A stretch of DNA of 27,912 nucleotides from the IMG/VR virus record IMGVR_UViG_3300011335_000619, positions 1 through 27,912 of that record. The stretch is one strand, 5' to 3'. Made by a program: the position numbers and the translations under genes. This document shows positions 10,880 through 18,135 of the stretch, in pieces. The stretch is from a virus. Its lineage: Duplodnaviria; Caudoviricetes. Within the stretch, counting starts at the first letter, position 1. Each line of letters opens with the position of its first letter. A model generated the notes under the pieces. It did not search any database and had not been told where the DNA came from. It was given only the letters and a program-made list of their open reading frames with translations.

Positions 10880-12358
10880 TTAAACTCGTCCTTTTAACTG
10901 TTGTAACCGACGGCCTTTAACTGGCCCCATATCTTCTGCAAGTAAACGCATTAACGTTTGTTCATCCATGCGTGGAACAGGTTGTGGGGTAGCACGACTA
11001 CGCTTGTTGCGTTGTAAAGCATCATATGCAAATGCTCCAAGACCAGATGCTGCAATTCCGCCTAAACCAAGTTTACTAGATAAAGGCATCTCTCTACCAA
11101 AATCTACAAACTCTTTACGAGCTTGCTTGGCATTTGCTCTTACGCTTTCACCTAAAGACGGACGTGTAGATCCGGGTTCAGGCAATCCAGAAATAACTCC
11201 CGGTAATTGAAAAAGATCCCTTGTATTACGTGGTGTAAATGAATGACCCATTGTTGGCAATGGTGCACCTTTTGCTTTTTGATTAAACATTGAATTACTT
11301 AATATTGTTGATTCAAAAGGACTAATGCCGGGACGCAGCATTTCTTTTTCAAGTTGATTCATTTTTGGCGCACCAATACCAAAATCATCTATGTCAAAAT
11401 AATTGCGACCTTTTTCTCTATCGGTAGCAAAAAATGCTTGTTGTTCAGGAGACATTGCTCCGGGACCTACTCCTTCACCAGCCATTTGCTGTGCAATATT
11501 TCTCCAAATAGGATTTAACTCCAAACCTTCTTTTGTAGTTGCATTAGCATTACCACTTACTTGAACACGTTGCCCAGTAATAGGATCTTTTTGAGTACTT
11601 GATTCACGATTTCCATTAAGTTTTTTACGCATGTAAGATGCTTGATTATTTAGCCTTAGATTTTCTTGTTCAGTTGCAAAAGCATCAATATTATTTCGAT
11701 ATGCTTTTGCGACTTGATCCATGTATGCAACTTTAGATTGTCTATTAGGGTCATCTACTGGAATCTTATGTTCTAGATTATCAACTCCTAACATTTTGTC
11801 CATCTTCAACTCATCAAGCCATGATAATTCATTTTGTTTTTTTGCACGATCATATTTTGTTTTGTCGGCTGCACGTCCTCCTGTAAACTGACTTAGTAAT
11901 TGCAGTAACTGTTGAACTGGCAAAGATGATCCAGCTCGCATTCCAAAATTTTCTCTATGTATTCCCGGTTGATATGCCAATTCTCGTAATTGTTCGCGAG
12001 TTAAATCTTCAAAACGCATATCCTTATTAGGATATTCAACTGTTCCTTCATATTGTTCTGGCTTTTTGTAAAAATGCTCCGGCAATCCTTGATCACGGGA
12101 GTAATCACCTTCAATCATGGCTCTTACAAGATCTGCTTTTTCCTGAAATGATATATTGGGATCAATTTGTCCGCCTTTAAAGCTTGCATCTTTATTTCCA
12201 AATGCCTTTGTAATATCTTGCCCCATAAACGATTGACGCCTAGTTTGAGGCAGACGTACGGGATAGTTTGCTGCAATAGGAACATAACGAATGGAACGAG
12301 ATCTTTTATTAGGATCAAATTCTTGAAATCCGCTTGGTGGTTGATTATTGTTTTGCAT
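10880..12358 (-). CDS. Hypothetical protein, candidate internal virion protein
   Basis: 492 aa; Gly-rich hydrophobic segment LGLGGIAASGLGAFA near the C-terminus followed by basic residues. Confidence 0.6.
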   Translation of the reverse strand: MQNNNQPPSGFQEFDPNKRSRSIRYVPIAANYPVRLPQTRRQSFMGQDITKAFGNKDASFKGGQIDPNISFQEKADLVRAMIEGDYSRDQGLPEHFYKKPEQYEGTVEYPNKDMRFEDLTREQLRELAYQPGIHRENFGMRAGSSLPVQQLLQLLSQFTGGRAADKTKYDRAKKQNELSWLDELKMDKMLGVDNLEHKIPVDDPNRQSKVAYMDQVAKAYRNNIDAFATEQENLRLNNQASYMRKKLNGNRESSTQKDPITGQRVQVSGNANATTKEGLELNPIWRNIAQQMAGEGVGPGAMSPEQQAFFATDREKGRNYFDIDDFGIGAPKMNQLEKEMLRPGISPFESTILSNSMFNQKAKGAPLPTMGHSFTPRNTRDLFQLPGVISGLPEPGSTRPSLGESVRANAKQARKEFVDFGREMPLSSKLGLGGIAASGLGAFAYDALQRNKRSRATPQPVPRMDEQTLMRLLAEDMGPVKGRRLQQLKGRV

Positions 12359-12363
12359 GTCGT

Positions 12364-13764
12364 TTACCGTCTACCGCCTTGTCGTTGCTGCCTAGATAGT
12401 GAATCTGCAGTAAATGCACCAAGTCCACCTATGCCAAGAATGGTTTTAAGTGGATTACCGCCATCAGTATTGTTACGTTTCTTCCGCATGTCTTCTTCAA
12501 GCATCAGAGCTTCCCATGCAGCTTTAGACTCAACTTCTCTTTTGTACTTTGGATCTTTGCGCATGCGTTCTTCATGAAGACGACGAGCACGATCTGGATC
12601 TATTGCCTGTGTCTCCGCAGCTATTCTGTCTTCTTTTGACAAAAATGGATCAATAGATGCTCTCCATTGTTTTATTTCATCTGCTGTATTAAAACTACCT
12701 CGCTCAGGCATCATCATGTTGTCATTTGTAAATCCACTCATCATTGCACGTGGATCAAATAACGTTTGCTCGTAATCTGAATACGAGTTAAACATCCTGC
12801 TTGCAGGTGGCTTGTCACTAGCATTTCTAGCATCAGGTGTCCAAGGTACAGCTTCCGTACGTGCTACTTGTCTATTTTTAATAACTTCTTCGTTTTGGCG
12901 TTGACGTCTTGCATTAAGTTCATTAGCATTTGGGACATCTGCACCAAATCTGTTTCTAACCATTCCTGCAGATACAAGTGGATGAAAAGGTTGATCTAAA
13001 TTCATCAAATCTAAAAGTAATTTAGTCTGGTCTTTTTCAGAATTGTATAAGTTTTGAGTTGCTGAATTGCGCCAGTCAGGTTTAGATAACTCTCGTGGTT
13101 TTGCTGGGGCAGCTGGTTTAGGATTTGGTGGTGTTAATAATCCAGCTAATAAAGGATTTTTAGCCATCTTCTGCCTACCGGCTAAAACTTGACGATACGC
13201 ATCTGGGATTAAACTCCATCTTAAATCATGGCTTTCATTTTGTAGTGCATCTACAGTTGTTTTTGGATTATATGTAAATCCTCGCTCTTCAGGTATTTTT
13301 GGTATATCGGTTAAATTTCCAAAATAACTTTCACGACGAGCACCTATTGTTCGTCCGTGACTTCTATCTGGGCGCATATTACCGGTAGCGTTGGGGCCAA
13401 AATAATGTTCCCATAGTTGTTTTCGTTCAGCGTCGCCTTCTGGAAGACTATTGACTAAACGTCCAAAACTACCGGGATAATCACGTGCAAAAGCACGAAC
13501 TCGATGCTGTTCAGAAAGAGCGGGAGCATCTGTTTTTGGAGCATTCTTAATTCTAAATGCATCTTCTGGATACATTGCATTAAAATTAATACGTAGGCTT
13601 GGTGGCAATTCCATAAGCCTATTTTTTTTATTTAGTGCTCTAACGTAATCTCGTGTGTCATTCCGCAAGTTTTTTTGCGGTTGGCTTGTACGCGGCATTC
13701 TGTTTGTTCCAGCAGGACCAGACAGTAATTGCTCTATAAATGGCCATAAAGATTGGTCGTCCAT
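12364..13764 (-). CDS. Hypothetical protein, candidate internal virion protein
   Basis: ORF track starts at 13782; ATG at 13764 directly after the upstream stop is more likely. C-terminal ILGIGGLGAFTA...RQQRQGGRR tail. Confidence 0.6.
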   Translation of the reverse strand: MDDQSLWPFIEQLLSGPAGTNRMPRTSQPQKNLRNDTRDYVRALNKKNRLMELPPSLRINFNAMYPEDAFRIKNAPKTDAPALSEQHRVRAFARDYPGSFGRLVNSLPEGDAERKQLWEHYFGPNATGNMRPDRSHGRTIGARRESYFGNLTDIPKIPEERGFTYNPKTTVDALQNESHDLRWSLIPDAYRQVLAGRQKMAKNPLLAGLLTPPNPKPAAPAKPRELSKPDWRNSATQNLYNSEKDQTKLLLDLMNLDQPFHPLVSAGMVRNRFGADVPNANELNARRQRQNEEVIKNRQVARTEAVPWTPDARNASDKPPASRMFNSYSDYEQTLFDPRAMMSGFTNDNMMMPERGSFNTADEIKQWRASIDPFLSKEDRIAAETQAIDPDRARRLHEERMRKDPKYKREVESKAAWEALMLEEDMRKKRNNTDGGNPLKTILGIGGLGAFTADSLSRQQRQGGRR

Positions 13765-13765
13765 G

Positions 13766-14014
13766 TTAGCACTTCCAAGCACGTAGTGATTTATTGATGC
13801 GTGATTCTGGATCGTTAGCTGTTTTAGACGAGGTATTAACTCGCTTCATGCCTTCCATACGAGCACAAAAGGACTTACGACGTGCGGCATCTTTTGGTGT
13901 TTTAGGGCTTGGAGCGGGTGGCTTTAGGTTAGCTCCAGTAGTTTTTTTAAAATGTGCTCGTCCTGCAGCGTTTAATCCACCGGCTGGATTTTGATACTTT
14001 TTAACTACTCCCAT
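13766..14014 (-). CDS. Conserved small basic phage protein (RRKSFCARM family, DUF6321-like)
   Basis: GGLNAAGRA, RRKSFCARM and SRINKSLRAWKC motifs recalled from aquatic phage proteins; start moved to ATG 14014, which has a GAGGTG RBS. The DUF number is from memory. Confidence 0.7.
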   Translation of the reverse strand: MGVVKKYQNPAGGLNAAGRAHFKKTTGANLKPPAPSPKTPKDAARRKSFCARMEGMKRVNTSSKTANDPESRINKSLRAWKC

Positions 14015-14062
14015 AGTGTTACACCTCACCCCATCATACACTAGAGTAATAATCCAAAACAT

Positions 14063-14077
14063 TACTTGCGGTATACT
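14063..14077 (+). promoter_or_regulatory. Putative promoter (TACTTGCGG-TATACT) for a leaderless LuxR-type gene
   Basis: -10-like TATACT at 14072-14077, 5 nt before the ATG at 14083; no RBS; copy of the recurring TACTTRCGGTA motif. Confidence 0.55.
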
Positions 14078-14082
14078 TTTAT

Positions 14083-14289
14083 ATGCTTAAATTAACTCCC
14101 AAAGAAAAAGAGGTCTTGCAACTCGTTGGTGAGTACAAAACCTCTAAAGAAATAGCTCGAATAATGTCTCTTAGCCCTCGAACAATACAAACTTATTTAG
14201 ACAATGCTTACTTTAAATTAGATGTTCAAGGGTCTGGAGCGCGTCATAAAGCATTTGCCATTGCAGTAGAAAACAAAATGCTTGACTAA
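14083..14289 (+). CDS. Stand-alone LuxR/GerE-family HTH regulator
   Basis: LTPKEKEVLQL...TSKEIARIMSLSPRTIQTYL...KLDV matches the LuxR C-terminal HTH signature. Confidence 0.9.
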   Translation: MLKLTPKEKEVLQLVGEYKTSKEIARIMSLSPRTIQTYLDNAYFKLDVQGSGARHKAFAIAVENKMLD

Positions 14290-14675
14290 CTGTCGGCAAA
14301 CGGATCATCAATATCATTAGTGTCAATTAATCCAGCTGGCTTAGGGTTTGGAATACTATCAGATTCTTTACGCGAATCAAGTAATGTCCACTGGTCTACA
14401 ATAATCTTAACAGACTGCTTCTTTACACCTTCCTTGTCGGTGTAGTTATCTAGCTGAATCTTGCCCACAATGGCCACCAAGCGCCCTTTAGTTGCATACG
14501 TGGCAAGTGCATCACCAGTCTGCCCAAATGCTGTACAGCTAAAGAAATCTGTTTCTTTTTCACGACCTTTGCGGTCTACAGCAACGCGAATATTACAAAC
14601 AGACTTACCTGTAGTTGTTTGTTTTGACTCAGGATCTGCAACTAAGCGTCCAATTAATGTAACATGATTTAGCAT
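14286..14675 (-). CDS. ssb: Single-stranded DNA-binding protein
   Basis: NHVTLIGRLVADPE, TDFF and KGRLVAIVG OB-fold motifs; acidic DIDDPF tail. Confidence 0.95.
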   Translation of the reverse strand: MLNHVTLIGRLVADPESKQTTTGKSVCNIRVAVDRKGREKETDFFSCTAFGQTGDALATYATKGRLVAIVGKIQLDNYTDKEGVKKQSVKIIVDQWTLLDSRKESDSIPNPKPAGLIDTNDIDDPFADS

Positions 14676-14691
14676 ATGGTTCTCCTATGCA

Positions 14692-14706
14692 AGTATACCG
14701 TAAGTA
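14692..14706 (-). promoter_or_regulatory. Putative promoter (TACTTACGG-TATACT) upstream of ssb
   Basis: Motif copy with -10-like TATACT, followed by an AGGAG RBS and the ssb ATG. Confidence 0.55.
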
Positions 14707-14721
14707 ATAGGGAGTAAATAG

Positions 14722-14880
14722 ATGGATAAATCTATTAAGCAGATGAAATCCAGTGGTATGAAAAGCACTGGTATGCGCAAGGGAATGCTCACAGGAATGA
14801 AAAAAGGACGCTATCGCGGAATGGAAGATCAGATGTGTCCAGACTGCAAAAAGCGTCCTTGTGAATGCAAAAACGGTTAG
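14722..14880 (+). CDS. Small 52-aa basic protein with Gly-Met repeats and C-terminal CxxC-x4-CxC
   Basis: Not in the ORF track. GGGAG RBS; MDKSIKQMKSSGMKSTGMRKGMLTGMKKGRYRGMEDQMCPDCKKRPCECKNG; stop overlaps the stop of the convergent gene. Confidence 0.7.
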   Translation: MDKSIKQMKSSGMKSTGMRKGMLTGMKKGRYRGMEDQMCPDCKKRPCECKNG

Positions 14881-15128
14881 TCTTCGTCATCCATTAGTAG
14901 CTTGGTAACAAGCATGATTGTCTCATGAGCAATTTCCTTTTGCTCAGTAGCAGCCATAATTGCATACCACGCTACTTTTAACATGTCTGATTGATAGGAC
15001 GCGCCCTTCTTATGTCCAGCGCGTTCAATGTATTTCAACATGCTAAATTGATACGGGTCTAAATTCCATTCTTTGATTAAGTCAATTGTTTGAATCTTGT
15101 GCTGAGTATAGTGACTGTTGTCAATCAC
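14877..15128 (-). CDS. DUF3310/SaV-like phage protein
   Basis: HYT..IQTID, KYIERAGHK and DMLKVAWY pattern. Confidence 0.8.
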   Translation of the reverse strand: MIDNSHYTQHKIQTIDLIKEWNLDPYQFSMLKYIERAGHKKGASYQSDMLKVAWYAIMAATEQKEIAHETIMLVTKLLMDDED

Positions 15129-15589
15129 TGATAATCACCAGTGCTTCCAAAGCCACCTGTACCTCGCTGTGTTTCTACTTCAAACAATGGTTCATCTGCA
15201 ATTGCAACACAGTCACAAAGCTCAACAGGAGCTAGTACTGCCTGTGCAATAGCCATCTTGTCTCTAATGATTTGAATGTCTTTGCTATGGTTCATAATGA
15301 TAACCATAAGCTCACCTTGGTAATCCTGATCAATAGTAGCAGGTGAGTTTAATACAACAAGTCCATACTTGTAGGCCATGCCACTACGTGTGCGTAACTG
15401 CAATTCATAGCCAACAGGAATTTTTACTTTCCATCCAGTCTTGATAACTGTGTATTCACCGGGCTTTAAACGTATTACGCCAGTATGAGCAAACACATCC
15501 CACCCAGATGAACCGGGTGTTTTGCGATTAAACATGTATGGTCGCCAATCGGTTTTAGGATCTCCAATCCATTGAACCTCAAGCTTCAT
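15125..15589 (-). CDS. dut: Trimeric dUTPase
   Basis: All five motifs present: SGWDV, RSG, TIDQDYQGE, IAQ, RGTGGFGSTG. Confidence 0.96.
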   Translation of the reverse strand: MKLEVQWIGDPKTDWRPYMFNRKTPGSSGWDVFAHTGVIRLKPGEYTVIKTGWKVKIPVGYELQLRTRSGMAYKYGLVVLNSPATIDQDYQGELMVIIMNHSKDIQIIRDKMAIAQAVLAPVELCDCVAIADEPLFEVETQRGTGGFGSTGDYQ

Positions 15590-15818
15590 GCTTATAACCT
15601 AGTGCTGCACGAAGCATATCCATTACAAAGTGAGCTGGGATCTTTACCTTTTCGCTACGTAAATCATGAAGGTAGGAAGCTGCGTCAACAATGTTCAAAT
15701 CAACAACAATGTTGTACTCTTCACCGCGCTTCTGCCGAATTGTATAAATAGGCTTACCAGAATCTAATGTCATGCAAACTTCTACATCACTTGTAGATCC
15801 TGTTTTTAAAATAATCAT
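15579..15818 (-). CDS. Hypothetical protein
   Basis: 79-aa ORF tiled within the operon. Confidence 0.65.
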   Translation of the reverse strand: MIILKTGSTSDVEVCMTLDSGKPIYTIRQKRGEEYNIVVDLNIVDAASYLHDLRSEKVKIPAHFVMDMLRAALGYKHEA

Positions 15819-15822
15819 TTAA

Positions 15823-16119
15823 CTACTTTCCCTTTTTGCTACCGTAAGTATGCTGATTAAGTATATGATTAATGACATCATTTTGCAAATTAATTAGCAT
15901 TTTAGTTGGAAACAATTCCCCGTCATTCCATAACTTGTAGATGATTGCTACTGCATCCTGTGGAGACATCTCTTTATTGTGCGCTGATTGATCTGTAACA
16001 CTAGGCTTTAACTGCAATGTCATTGTTGTATCTGGTTGATGTTTTACAAGAATTGTAATATCTGATTCTCTTCCAGCAATGATGATGTAATACTCTGATG
16101 ATTCTTTACTTAGAAACAT
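15823..16119 (-). CDS. Hypothetical protein
   Basis: 98-aa ORF coupled to thyX (TAATG), GGAGG RBS. Confidence 0.7.
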   Translation of the reverse strand: MFLSKESSEYYIIIAGRESDITILVKHQPDTTMTLQLKPSVTDQSAHNKEMSPQDAVAIIYKLWNDGELFPTKMLINLQNDVINHILNQHTYGSKKGK

Positions 16120-16760
16120 TATTTATCCTCCAGATGATACTTAGAAAATGCTTCCGTTGTAACAGGAAGAACTGCATTAAGGACATTCCAGCAATCTTCA
16201 GCAATTGTTCTATGTTCTTCTTGAGTATGCTTGTCCATACGTACACGACAGTAATGGAGCCAGTCACGCACAGTTCCCTTCATATAAAGGCGTGTGCCAA
16301 CGCATAGAGGAAGAATAAGACGGGCTGATTCCAAAGCAACACCATTCTGAACAAGATCATTATAAGTACGTACCGCAAACAGGACTGGTGCTAAAGCTTT
16401 ATTATTAGCGGCAAGTTGCTCTTCATTGTCCTCATACGGAATGCTACCTTGTCGATTAGTACTACCCTTGCGCCTCATTTCAGGTAGGTCTAGTTCAATC
16501 TTAGATGGATCAGCATAGCGTTGGCTAAACTCTTGGAAATGAAAGCTTCTGTGGCGTAGGATCTGCGCTGAAATAGCTCTTGATGTATAGATCTCCATTA
16601 CTACATCAACCATCTCAAATACAGACCAATGGCCTTCCTTCATACAGTAATTAAGTAATCGTTCGTAATTTGGGTTGTCCTGATTATCAGATGAAACGCG
16701 AGCAAGATGAATCATAAACTCTTCTGCGTCTGGTTGAATATACTTAAGTGTGGCTGCCAT
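16119..16760 (-). CDS. thyX: Flavin-dependent thymidylate synthase
   Basis: GHWSVFE, RHRSFHFQEFSQRY (RHRx7S ThyX motif), ESARLILP, HTQEEHR. Confidence 0.96.
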   Translation of the reverse strand: MAATLKYIQPDAEEFMIHLARVSSDNQDNPNYERLLNYCMKEGHWSVFEMVDVVMEIYTSRAISAQILRHRSFHFQEFSQRYADPSKIELDLPEMRRKGSTNRQGSIPYEDNEEQLAANNKALAPVLFAVRTYNDLVQNGVALESARLILPLCVGTRLYMKGTVRDWLHYCRVRMDKHTQEEHRTIAEDCWNVLNAVLPVTTEAFSKYHLEDK

Positions 16761-16771
16761 TTTTACTCCTA

Positions 16772-16852
16772 TGCCCCAGACGGGAGTCGAACCCGTACAC
16801 CTTGCGGTAACGGATTTTAAGTCCGTCGTGTCTACCGTTCCACCACCGGGGC
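16772..16852 (-). tRNA. tRNA-Leu (anticodon TAA), CCA not encoded
   Basis: Cloverleaf: acceptor GCCCCGG/CTGGGGC, anticodon arm ACGGA-CTTAAAA-TCCGT, variable arm ACC-GCAA-GGT, T arm ACGGG-TTCGACT-CCCGT, discriminator A. Confidence 0.95.
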
Positions 16853-16859
16853 GTGTCTT

Positions 16860-16874
16860 ATTGTACCGTAAGTA
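16860..16874 (-). promoter_or_regulatory. Putative promoter (TACTTACGG-TACAAT) for tRNA-Leu/thyX operon
   Basis: Motif copy with -10-like TACAAT ending 7 nt before tRNA base 1. Confidence 0.55.
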
Positions 16875-16958
16875 TATGTGATATTATGAATGCACAACGC
16901 GATGAAAACTTAAAAAGCCACCCATCATGCCGATAGACCTTTAAGTCGAGCGACGTAG

Positions 16959-16988
16959 AAAAGCCCCTTCACAGAGGGGCTTTTTTTT
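16959..16988. terminator. Intrinsic terminator, probably bidirectional
   Basis: AAAAGCCCCT-TCAC-AGAGGGGC-T8 hairpin; T8 tail on plus, T4 on minus just after the SNase stop. Confidence 0.8.
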
Positions 16989-17349
16989 ATTGATCAGGTT
17001 TCTTTTTAGTCTTGCCTGAGTATGGAACTGCGCATCCGTCTCTGACTAACTGTTCATTGAGTGTGCAAGATGCCTTGTCGGTCGCTACGTGGACCAATCT
17101 GCGACCATACTTATCTAATTGGTGTTCTACTCGGATGGTGAATTTTTCGAGCTTAGCGGTGGCGTCGTCAAACCAGAACTTGGCTTCAAGGATAGCTTTC
17201 TTTCCTTCCGCCGTAGATTTCTCCGGCGTATCAATTCCGTGGAGCCTACAGTGCTGATCCACAAGCCATACACCAAAACCGAGATCGATATCGCAAACGA
17301 AAGTGTCGCCATCAATAACTCTTTTGTATCTGATTCCGTACTCATACAT
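16987..17349 (-). CDS. Thermonuclease (SNase-like) protein
   Basis: RVIDGDT, RLHGIDTPE, DKYGR and LNEQLV..G.A motifs. Confidence 0.92.
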   Translation of the reverse strand: MYEYGIRYKRVIDGDTFVCDIDLGFGVWLVDQHCRLHGIDTPEKSTAEGKKAILEAKFWFDDATAKLEKFTIRVEHQLDKYGRRLVHVATDKASCTLNEQLVRDGCAVPYSGKTKKKPDQ

Positions 17350-17352
17350 TAT

Positions 17353-17625
17353 CTATACCTTTTTGTTGGAGCGTACAGAATGGTCACTGTTACGGCTGAA
17401 TGACCTATTAGCAGATGGTGACCTGAGTACTAAGTTAGCCATAGAATTTGAGCCACCCTTAGAGAGTGGCTTCTTATGATCAATGTCTTTACCAGTACGG
17501 TTGACACCTTTAGCATCCATAGCCCTACGAGCCTTCTGGCGGTCCATACGCAGAGGATGCTCGCCTCTGGCGACCTGTTGCTCATACTCTTTTTTATATG
17601 GTCTAGATTTGGTTACGTAGGGCAT
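17353..17625 (-). CDS. Small HNH endonuclease
   Basis: DIDHKKPLSKGGSNSMANL...ANR (H-N-N variant). Confidence 0.85.
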   Translation of the reverse strand: MPYVTKSRPYKKEYEQQVARGEHPLRMDRQKARRAMDAKGVNRTGKDIDHKKPLSKGGSNSMANLVLRSPSANRSFSRNSDHSVRSNKKV

Positions 17626-17630
17626 AGTAG

Positions 17631-17804
17631 TTAGCAGCTTGATCCTTTGGACATGGTCTTCTTGCCCTTCATCGGCATACCCTTCTTGCCCTTCATTGGT
17701 GGCATAGGCTTACCCTCAGCCTTACCTACGCCCATCATTTCACTCATAGACTTTGCGCCCTTCATTGACGCATTGCCTTTTGGATACGGCATTCCTTGTG
17801 GCAT
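17631..17804 (-). CDS. Small 57-aa Met/Lys/Gly/Pro-rich basic protein
   Basis: Not in the ORF track. GGAGGT RBS; MPQGMPYPKGNASMKGAKSMSEMMGVGKAEGKPMPPMKGKKGMPMKGKKTMSKGSSC; fills the gap between neighbours. Confidence 0.75.
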   Translation of the reverse strand: MPQGMPYPKGNASMKGAKSMSEMMGVGKAEGKPMPPMKGKKGMPMKGKKTMSKGSSC

Positions 17805-17806
17805 AA

Positions 17807-18112
17807 CTACCTCCCCTTATTACTGATACCCATCATACGTGAGTAACTACCAGAGTTCTTTACAGCCTTAGTCATACCTGATTTAGGTGTAGTGGACTTA
17901 GTCCGCATCTTAGGCTTCATGTACTGCGTTGGAATTTCGTCACGCATATTAGGCATTCCACCTGTAACGTCACGTCCCATTAACTTGCTGGTTTCAGCAT
18001 CCTGCATAGGGTTAATTTCACGCACGTACTTTGGTGGATCATACGAAACATCTCGGTACATATACGTGCCATCAGCACCTACTCGTTTAACCATCTTTTT
18101 ATCTTGTGGCAT
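17807..18112 (-). CDS. Hypothetical basic protein
   Basis: 101 aa, GAGGTG RBS, MPQ start. Confidence 0.7.
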   Translation of the reverse strand: MPQDKKMVKRVGADGTYMYRDVSYDPPKYVREINPMQDAETSKLMGRDVTGGMPNMRDEIPTQYMKPKMRTKSTTPKSGMTKAVKNSGSYSRMMGISNKGR

Positions 18113-18135
18113 CTAGTCACCTCTGCAATATTTTA

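Noticed and set aside
1119-13994. Short plus-strand and alternate-frame ORFs inside structural genes
   Set aside because: Shadow ORFs of long, tightly tiled minus-strand genes; no RBS or motif support.
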